64,000 nucleotides of DNA from Candidatus Omnitrophota bacterium (lineage in GTDB: Bacteria; Omnitrophota; Gorgyraeia; Duberdicusellales; 4484-171). The position numbers were made by a program, and so were the translations under genes. The notes under the pieces were generated by a model. That model ran no database searches and was not told where the DNA came from. It saw nothing but the letters and a program-made list of their open reading frames with translations. Location: positions 14,770 through 78,769 of the forward strand of contig JAIPHA010000002.1 in the NCBI GenBank assembly GCA_021735445.1. Direction: 5' to 3'. Of this stretch, positions 57,369 to 64,000 are shown in pieces (within the stretch, counting starts at the first letter, position 1; each line of letters starts with the position of its first letter).

Positions 57369-58401
57369 TTGTTCCTCCGCCTAATATTGTATCTTGATTA
57401 TAAAGCACTACAGCTTGCCCCGGAGTGATTGCTTCTTGCTGATTTGAAAAAATAAGTTTTAACTTTTGACCAATTTTTTCTATTTTACACTCAGCTCCCT
57501 CATGCCTGTAGCGAATTTTCGCCTTGGCGCTTTTTGGTAAATAATCTGTAAATAAATTAAGCTCGCTGGCAATAAGGCCTTTACTTTTCAATTCTTGTTT
57601 TTTCCCCACAATAACGTTATTGTTTTTTGCATCAATCGCTAAAACATAAAGTGGTTTTTTAGCACTTATTCCCAGTCCTTTGCGTTGGCCGATCGTATAA
57701 GAAAATATTCCTTTATGTTTTCCTAAAATATTTCCTCCTTTATCTTTAATCAAGCCTTCCTTATTTTTTTCTTTTCGTTCATTTATAAAATTAGTATATC
57801 TTTTATCTGTAATAAAACAAAGGTCTTGACTTTGGGGTTTGTCAAAAATCGCTAATTTATTATATTTGGCAATGCTGCGTACCTGATCTTTAGTATAATC
57901 AGCTAAAGGGAAAAGAATCGAATTTAAATTTTCTTTTTTGATTGGATATAAAAAATAAGTTTGGTCCTTAACTTTATCTTTAGGCTTTTTTAATAAAAAT
58001 TTATCTTTTATTTTGACAATCTTAGCATAATGGCCTGTGGCCAAATAATCAAAACCTAAAGCTTTTGTTTTTTCTAATAAAATGCCAAACTTTATAAATT
58101 TATTACAATCGACGCAAGGATTGGGGGTTTGGCCTTTTAAATATTGGCCTAAAAATTTAGAAATTATTTTATCTTCTAATTCTGTTGAAAAATCCATTAC
58201 ATAATGTTTTATACCCAAATCCCGGCAAACTTTCTTTGCATCTGAAATTGATTCTGGCCCACAACAGCGCTTACCGCCATCATCTGATTTTATTCCCAAG
58301 CACATTGTAAGGCCCACAACATTAAAACCAGCTTTTTTCAGCAATAAAGCAGCAACTGAGGAATCAACCCCGCCGCTCATTGCAACTATTACTTTTTTCA
58401 T
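57340..58401 (-). CDS. mnmA: tRNA 2-thiouridine(34) synthase MnmA
   Basis: MSGGVDSSVAA PP-loop, catalytic Cys regions NPCVDCN and DQTYFL/DLCF. Confidence 0.92.
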   Translation of the reverse strand: MKKVIVAMSGGVDSSVAALLLKKAGFNVVGLTMCLGIKSDDGGKRCCGPESISDAKKVCRDLGIKHYVMDFSTELEDKIISKFLGQYLKGQTPNPCVDCNKFIKFGILLEKTKALGFDYLATGHYAKIVKIKDKFLLKKPKDKVKDQTYFLYPIKKENLNSILFPLADYTKDQVRSIAKYNKLAIFDKPQSQDLCFITDKRYTNFINERKEKNKEGLIKDKGGNILGKHKGIFSYTIGQRKGLGISAKKPLYVLAIDAKNNNVIVGKKQELKSKGLIASELNLFTDYLPKSAKAKIRYRHEGAECKIEKIGQKLKLIFSNQQEAITPGQAVVLYNQDTILGGGTIEEVYSGDS

Positions 58402-58420
58402 ATTTTAACCTGAGGAAGGA

Positions 58421-58639
58421 TTAACGAAACTTAACTTCTATGCCTTTTTTCTCTAAATAATCAAATAACCTCGTTAATTCTTTGCTGCTGCCTTGGAAAC
58501 TAACGATAGCCCAACCGGTCGCGGTTGAAAAAGACGCTTCTAAAATACTGGGAATAACTTTAAAATTTTTAATTATATTATAAAAAAAAGGCTCTTTTTT
58601 AAAAACCGTAGGAATATTTAATTCAACTTGTTTTATCAT
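58421..58639 (-). CDS. NIL domain protein
   Basis: 72-aa ferredoxin-like fold resembling the MetN C-terminal NIL domain (..PFFYNIIKNF.V.PSILEA.....G.AIVSF.G....). Confidence 0.6.
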   Translation of the reverse strand: MIKQVELNIPTVFKKEPFFYNIIKNFKVIPSILEASFSTATGWAIVSFQGSSKELTRLFDYLEKKGIEVKFR

Positions 58640-58683
58640 CTTTTTTACTCTCTTAAATAGATTGTACCATATAAAATTAAGTT

Positions 58684-59946
58684 TTAAAAACTTTCTTTGG
58701 GTAGATTAAAATAGCCTGTCTTTATTCCGGGAAAGTTTCTTCTAACCGCCCCTAGAAGAGCCGTCACCCCTGCTGGTTTTAAACTGCTGTCTGATATTTT
58801 ACCAATGTAATAACTTGGATCAATATTTAAATTACGCCACTGAATCATATCTATATCATTTTTCCTCAGAAAACTTAATAACTTATCTATTTGCTGCTTT
58901 GAATCGCTAAACCCGGGAAAAATAAATAAATTTAAAGCAACAAACTTCCCGTATTGTTTAGCAATTCGAATTGATTTGACCACATCTGAAAATTTATAAT
59001 TCTTTGGTTTAAAATAAATATTATAAAATCTCTCTTCGGGGCTATTTAAGCTTATCCTGAAAGAATCAACCCCGGACCGGGAAAGCGCTTCTATCCTTTT
59101 CGGAAAACTGCCATTGGTATTTATATTAATCGTTCCCCGTTTAACTCGGCTCCTTACTTCTTTTACGCTTTCGGCTATTAAATCTGTTTCAAGCAAAGGC
59201 TCTCCTTCACAACCCTGGCCAAAACTAACAATGGGTTCTTTTGCTTTTTCGAGGTGGCTTATCATTACTTCAACAATTTCAGAGACTTCAGGCGTAAAAT
59301 TAATCCTCTGGTGAGAAGAGGCGCAATTTGAATCCTGAAGGCTAAGGCAACCAAGACAGCGGGCATTGCAAAATCTGGCTACCGGCAAAGGCGCTTCCCA
59401 ACGCTGCATAAAAAGATTTTTTGCGGCCAGGCAATTATAATTTAAAGCGCAATTAAAAAGATGCTTGTAGAGACGGTTTTTCCAAAATTTTTGAAGCAAA
59501 AAATTGGCCCGTTTTTCAATCAGCCCATTATCATAAAACCCAGGAGCCTGCCTGATCCTTTTATCAACTTTTTTAGCCGCTACCATAAACTTTCCGCCAT
59601 AAAAACCACAACCGGTATAGGCCCAAAGCGGAAGCCTTCTTTTCTTTTTTTGCCAATATGCTGCCGGATTATATAAGCGCAGATAGGAAGGGGGTAAGAA
59701 AGCCGAAACCGCATATACTCTTTTGCCTTCAAATTTCTCTATCCTTTCAAACCTTTGGCTTTCCGGATTATAACCGGAAGGATAACTATTAGGAAGATAA
59801 AAAAAGGTCGTACCCGAAGGGGCTGAAATCAATTCACCTTTTTTGGGAAGATGTGCCTCTCCCAATAAGCTTACAGACATCCTTAGAAAAGGATGAGAAT
59901 AGATTTTGCCTTCTTTATCAGAAAATAATAAATATGGTAAGTTCAT
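58684..59946 (-). CDS. Radical SAM protein with ~190-aa N-terminal domain of unknown function
   Basis: CNARCLGC (CxxxCxxC) at about aa 193-200, followed by a TIM-barrel-like GQGCEGEPLL, NTNG pattern. Confidence 0.75.
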   Translation of the reverse strand: MNLPYLLFSDKEGKIYSHPFLRMSVSLLGEAHLPKKGELISAPSGTTFFYLPNSYPSGYNPESQRFERIEKFEGKRVYAVSAFLPPSYLRLYNPAAYWQKKKRRLPLWAYTGCGFYGGKFMVAAKKVDKRIRQAPGFYDNGLIEKRANFLLQKFWKNRLYKHLFNCALNYNCLAAKNLFMQRWEAPLPVARFCNARCLGCLSLQDSNCASSHQRINFTPEVSEIVEVMISHLEKAKEPIVSFGQGCEGEPLLETDLIAESVKEVRSRVKRGTININTNGSFPKRIEALSRSGVDSFRISLNSPEERFYNIYFKPKNYKFSDVVKSIRIAKQYGKFVALNLFIFPGFSDSKQQIDKLLSFLRKNDIDMIQWRNLNIDPSYYIGKISDSSLKPAGVTALLGAVRRNFPGIKTGYFNLPKESF

Positions 59947-59953
59947 AAAATAG

Positions 59954-61678
59954 TTAAAGGGTAATTCCCAGAATTTGAGGATTAACTATAAGAATTAGCC
60001 CTAAAACTACCATAATCACTCCCCCAATCAATTTAATAATTTTAATTTGTTTTTGGCTAATCCTCTTGGCTTGAAAGGTATATCCAAATATCGCAACTAT
60101 TATAGCTAAAGGCAATACGTAAATTAAATTATAAAATAATATCCACAAATAGTAACTGCTGGTAGCTTTTGCGGTTTCACCGGCGAGAATAGTAGTAAAT
60201 ATTATCGGAAAGCCCGCAGTGCAAGGCAGTTCGATAAATGAACTAAAAACCGCCAACCCTACCGAAGATAAGACAAGCATAAAGACAGAGCCTCTCTCGG
60301 CTATTTTTCTTATTTTATTCATTTTTTTAGTGAGCCTTCCCCTCTGGTTATCTCCGATAGTTAAAGAAATTCCTTTTTTAAAGAAAAAGAAATCCTTGCA
60401 GTTAACTAGCCCGGCTAAAACCGCAATGCTTCCAATAACCGCCCGGATTGGGGCAAAAAGATTAAAATATTTAAATATATTAAGCCAAGCCACCATAAAA
60501 AAGAAATAAAAAACAAAAACGACAAATATAAAAATAAAACCTATCAAATAAACTCGTTTTTTACTGCCGGAAGCTGAAATTAAAAGCGCGAGCAATAAAG
60601 TTAAAACAAATAAATTACAAGGATTAAAGCCATCGATAAGAGCGATGATGAAGGTAAAAACAGGAAGTGGCACTTGGCTGCTAAAATTTTTAAGGAACCC
60701 TGTAGGAATATTTTTTGCTAAAATAAAAATTAAACCGACTGCTGCCACCAAACTAACTATTATTACTAAATTCTTAAATTCCTGTCTATTTTTAGAAAAT
60801 AATAAAATTATTTTTTTTCTCAACAGCAATAAAATAAGAATGAGTATAACTAATGCCTCTATGCCGATATAGAAATCTTTAACTGCAATCTCTCTTTTTA
60901 AAAACAAAAGATAATCGCTGTAAGCCCCTCTTTTTTTTGGCTTAAAAACAGATTTAGTCAGCTTTTTATCTGGTTGACGCGCGGTTTTGTCCTTAATGAT
61001 TTCTTTTTGCCCCCATTGAAATATCCAACCATCTATCTTTACTGCGTTTTTAAAATTAATTTTGCCTTCGGATATTAAAACTGCTTTAGGCTCAACCGTT
61101 TCTGCTTCTACCTCTTTTAAAATTAAGTTGGGGTCGGTTAAGGTAAGCAATTTTTTCAAACTATTGCCGCCAGTTCCGCCTTCTTCCGAAATCAATACTC
61201 TGTCTTTATGCCAAATTTTTACCTTACCCGGCAAAGAACTTAAGTCCAAATTATTAAAAAATTTCGCTTGGCCTGAAGGTAAAGGGCACCTGTTTACCTT
61301 TTTCTTCTTTAATAGCTGTTCTGCCTTAGAAACTTCTATGCTGCCTGAAGCTTTTAGGTCCTTATCTAAAAGAAAAAAAGGTACTCCCGGCCGTTTACCG
61401 GGCAGGTAATTTTTGAAATATTCTGTACTTGGTTTTTGATTCACAGAGGCAGATTTAAAAATTTCATATTCGATAACGATAAGATTTTCATATTCATAGA
61501 GCAGCTTCGAAAGTATCAAGGGGTCGGTTATGGCGCAATTGTGACAGCCAATTCCGGTAAGATACACTGCACAAATTAAAGAATCTCCTTCAACAGATTC
61601 TTGTGAAAACCCTGAAAGATTAGATACCAATCCAATTAAAATTATTGCTGAAATTACTAAATTTTTATATTTTGCCAT
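59954..61678 (-). CDS. Thioredoxin-like CxxC domain fused to CcdA/DsbD-type thiol-disulfide transporter membrane domain
   Basis: Signal peptide, then VYLTGIGCHNCAI (Trx-like CxxC). C-terminal polytopic region with GFNPC and ELPCTAGFP, the two conserved membrane Cys motifs of CcdA/DsbD. Confidence 0.62.
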   Translation of the reverse strand: MAKYKNLVISAIILIGLVSNLSGFSQESVEGDSLICAVYLTGIGCHNCAITDPLILSKLLYEYENLIVIEYEIFKSASVNQKPSTEYFKNYLPGKRPGVPFFLLDKDLKASGSIEVSKAEQLLKKKKVNRCPLPSGQAKFFNNLDLSSLPGKVKIWHKDRVLISEEGGTGGNSLKKLLTLTDPNLILKEVEAETVEPKAVLISEGKINFKNAVKIDGWIFQWGQKEIIKDKTARQPDKKLTKSVFKPKKRGAYSDYLLFLKREIAVKDFYIGIEALVILILILLLLRKKIILLFSKNRQEFKNLVIIVSLVAAVGLIFILAKNIPTGFLKNFSSQVPLPVFTFIIALIDGFNPCNLFVLTLLLALLISASGSKKRVYLIGFIFIFVVFVFYFFFMVAWLNIFKYFNLFAPIRAVIGSIAVLAGLVNCKDFFFFKKGISLTIGDNQRGRLTKKMNKIRKIAERGSVFMLVLSSVGLAVFSSFIELPCTAGFPIIFTTILAGETAKATSSYYLWILFYNLIYVLPLAIIVAIFGYTFQAKRISQKQIKIIKLIGGVIMVVLGLILIVNPQILGITL

Positions 61679-61774
61679 ATTCAGCCCTTCTCCTTATTAA
61701 AAATAATTATATCAGATTGGTTTCTAAAATGAAATTAAATTATCCCTATTTTGCATTAACCCCTCGACAACACC

Positions 61775-61914
61775 AGGGGGCGTTTCCCTCAGTTATAACT
61801 CATTACAAATCAAAGAGTTATAAAAGCATAATTTCCGCCAGAAATATTCGGCGGAAAACCAGGAGTCATAACCTATTGGTGGAAAATAAGTTATAAACAA
61901 GGGAGACATCCCCT
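61775..61914. repeat. Copy B of the ~135-bp element
   Basis: Hand alignment to copy A: first 50 nt 42/50 identical, last 48 nt 37/48 identical, central ~35-41 nt unrelated. Terminal arms AGGGGGCGTTTCCCT / AGGGAGACATCCCCT. Confidence 0.8.
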
Positions 61915-61931
61915 ATTGTGGAAAAAAATAA

Positions 61932-61960
61932 TTGGCTAAACATACTTCTTATTATAGAAT
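61932..61960 (+). promoter_or_regulatory. Sigma70-like promoter positioned for a leaderless or near-leaderless transcript of the GH94-like gene
   Basis: TTGGCT (61932-61937), 17-nt spacer, TAGAAT (61955-61960), then 7 nt to ATG 61968. Confidence 0.4.
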
Positions 61961-61967
61961 AGAGAAG

Positions 61968-64000
61968 ATGATTTATAGATTTTTAAATAGTAAAATAGAA
62001 GAGTTTACAGTTAAAGATGCTCACAGATACAATAATTACTTCCCCTTAACAAATAAATCGGGGAGCTTGCTTTCTTCAATTAGCCCTAATTTAGCCGGCG
62101 ATATCAAAAGAGATAACGACCACTTTCTTACCCCTCCGGCAACTACAGTAGATATAAAGCATAATCCTTTAGTCCGCAGGGATTTTTTTATAAAAATTAA
62201 AGTTAGCCCAACAAAAGAAGAAATAATCAGGCTATCAGACCCCTATCCCGATAAACTCCAGGCTGGTTTTTTCTATCATAAAATTACCAAATACACAAAA
62301 TTCATTGACATAGAAATCTTAAACTTTATCCCTTACGACCTTGACGTTGAAGTTATGCAAATTAAAGTCAAAAACAAATCAAAAAAAAGTCTAGATATAG
62401 CTGCCTGTTCAGCCATACCTCTCTACGGAAGAAGCGAAGCAACGCTGCGCGACCACCGGCATGTAAGTAGTCTTTTAAATAGGGTTGATTTGACCAACGA
62501 TGGTATTTTACTTAGGCCTACCCTTTTATTTAATGAAGAAGGCCACAGCTTAGGTGAAACCACTTATTTCTGTTTAGCCAACGGGCAAGGATCGAAAATT
62601 AAAGGCCAATTCCCTACTCTTGAGCATTTTTGTGGGCAAGGAAATCTGGCAAAACCTGATGCAATCTATAAAAACCAAAAATCAGCTAAAAGAAAAATAG
62701 ATAGTTTTGACGGTAAAGAAACGATAGCTGCTTTTGACTTTGGAAATAAAAAATTAAAAAAAGGCCAAAAATTAAACTATATCATTGGTTTAGGTTTGGT
62801 ATCAGGTTCAGCTAAAAAGTGCCAAAACAAAATAAATAATCTATTTTCTAAAATTAATAACAGCACAAAAGTGACAAAAGAACTTGTCGCCACCAAAAAA
62901 TATTGGCAAACTACTTTTGGAAAAATAGAATTTAATTTCAAAGATAAAGACTATAACGGCTGGTTAAAATGGGTAAAAGCACAGCCTACTTTGCGTAAAC
63001 TTTTCGGTTGTTCATTTCTACCCCATTTTGACTATGGGAAAGGTGGTAGAGGCTGGCGGGACCTTTGGCAGGATGCCTTAGTTTTATTACATTATGAACC
63101 AAAAGAAGCGAAAAAATTAATAATCAATTCCTTTGCCGGCATACGCTTAGACGGCTCAAACGCTACTATAATAAAAAAGGATAACAGTTTTTTATCTGAC
63201 CGCAACAAAATAAGCCGGGTTTGGTCTGATCATGGAATCTGGCCTTATCTGACTTTAAATTCTTGTTTGGAACAAAGTAAAAATATAAGTATATTAACTC
63301 AGCAACTACCTTACTTTAGAGATTCTCACCTGATGCGATCAACTAGAATTGATTATGGCTTCAATCAAAAAGATTTTATTTTACGTACAACTAAAAACAA
63401 AATTTATAAAGGTAGCCTCTTGGAACATCTGCTTATTCAAAACCTGACATCATTCTTTAACGTCGGCTCTCACAATATTATAAAGTTAGAAAGCGCTGAT
63501 TGGAACGATGCCTTAGATATGGCAAATGATTACGGCGAAACCGTAACCTTTAGCTTCATGTATGCCCACAACTTAAAAGGAATAATTAAATTTCTAAAAG
63601 CTTTAAAGCAAAAAAAGTCTCACCTTGAAATTTTAAAAGAACTGACTTTCCTCCTCGATACTTTAAAAAATCCAATCGATTATAATAATTTTCGCCAAAA
63701 ACAAAAAAGGTTAAAAATTTATCTGGAAAAAACAATAGAAATATCGGGCGCAAAAGTAAAGATATCTATAGATGATATTATTACTGACTTAAATAAAAAA
63801 TATAAACATCTCAGCGCCTGGCTTTTAAAAAAAGAATGGTTAGATAAAGGATTTTTTAACGGCTACTATGATAACACCGGAAAAAGATTCGGCGGGAAAA
63901 ATAAAAGAAAAGTGCAAATGATGCTTGCCCCGCAAGTATTTGCAATAATGAGCGGGGTGGCTACCAAAGAACAAATTAAAAAAATCTGGCAGTCGGCTAA
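61968..64000 (+). CDS. GH94-like glycoside phosphorylase (cellobiose/chitobiose phosphorylase superfamily), 3' end beyond window
   Basis: Not in ORF track (open at the window edge). Own translation MIYRFLNSKIEEF.. continues uninterrupted for 677 codons. GGRGWRDLWQD and SADWNDALD motifs recalled from the GH94 catalytic domain. Confidence 0.6.
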   Translation, partial: MIYRFLNSKIEEFTVKDAHRYNNYFPLTNKSGSLLSSISPNLAGDIKRDNDHFLTPPATTVDIKHNPLVRRDFFIKIKVSPTKEEIIRLSDPYPDKLQAGFFYHKITKYTKFIDIEILNFIPYDLDVEVMQIKVKNKSKKSLDIAACSAIPLYGRSEATLRDHRHVSSLLNRVDLTNDGILLRPTLLFNEEGHSLGETTYFCLANGQGSKIKGQFPTLEHFCGQGNLAKPDAIYKNQKSAKRKIDSFDGKETIAAFDFGNKKLKKGQKLNYIIGLGLVSGSAKKCQNKINNLFSKINNSTKVTKELVATKKYWQTTFGKIEFNFKDKDYNGWLKWVKAQPTLRKLFGCSFLPHFDYGKGGRGWRDLWQDALVLLHYEPKEAKKLIINSFAGIRLDGSNATIIKKDNSFLSDRNKISRVWSDHGIWPYLTLNSCLEQSKNISILTQQLPYFRDSHLMRSTRIDYGFNQKDFILRTTKNKIYKGSLLEHLLIQNLTSFFNVGSHNIIKLESADWNDALDMANDYGETVTFSFMYAHNLKGIIKFLKALKQKKSHLEILKELTFLLDTLKNPIDYNNFRQKQKRLKIYLEKTIEISGAKVKISIDDIITDLNKKYKHLSAWLLKKEWLDKGFFNGYYDNTGKRFGGKNKRKVQMMLAPQVFAIMSGVATKEQIKKIWQSA

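Overview
AT-rich (by eye about one third G+C, not computed) 64-kb bacterial chromosomal segment with extreme gene-strand bias. I call 62 protein genes, 59 of them on the minus strand, tightly packed with many 1-23 nt overlaps. I recognised no rRNA, tRNA, CRISPR array, transposase, integrase or phage gene. Content: (i) housekeeping genes (folE, mnmE, folC, purH, queA, smc, etfBA, purC, pckG, map, birA, nadA, mnmA). (ii) A 7-gene trehalose locus (18.8-27.1 kb) combining OtsA, a beta-phosphoglucomutase/trehalose-6-P-phosphatase fusion, a GH65 phosphorylase fused to a receiver domain whose phospho-acceptor Asp is Ser, a TreT-like synthase, a CBS protein and an unknown protein. (iii) Metal homeostasis genes: ZIP transporter, dtxR-feoA-feoB with an IdeR/DtxR-type operator, a Fur-family regulator and a TonB-dependent receptor. 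(iv) A Fur-family-gated cluster (35.6-43.6 kb) of two RGG-rich DUF5320-like proteins, two NifX/NifB-C-like proteins, two MinD-ferredoxin ATPases, a flavoprotein disulfide reductase, a methyltransferase, DUF89, an MBL-fold protein and a His-rich membrane protein. No nitrogenase genes are present, and this is my best candidate for an undescribed system. (v) A sulfur/Fe-S locus (46.5-61.7 kb): two His-type Thi4 paralogues, nifSU, metXW, cysK, metY, a ThiI-like PP-loop protein, mnmA, nadA, a MerR regulator with a Cys triad, a NIL protein, a radical SAM enzyme and a Trx-CcdA/DsbD-like fusion. Non-coding signals: two diverged copies of a ~135-bp element with GC-rich terminal inverted repeats and a structurally conserved but sequence-variable central hairpin; a family of CCACCT-NNN-AGGTGG intercistronic hairpins; a ~60-bp duplicated relic of the thi4 5' end; and leaderless-type promoters in front of all three plus-strand genes. 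The source is probably an anaerobic diderm bacterium (inference only). All protein calls rest on motif recognition by eye in the supplied translations; no database search or computation was run.
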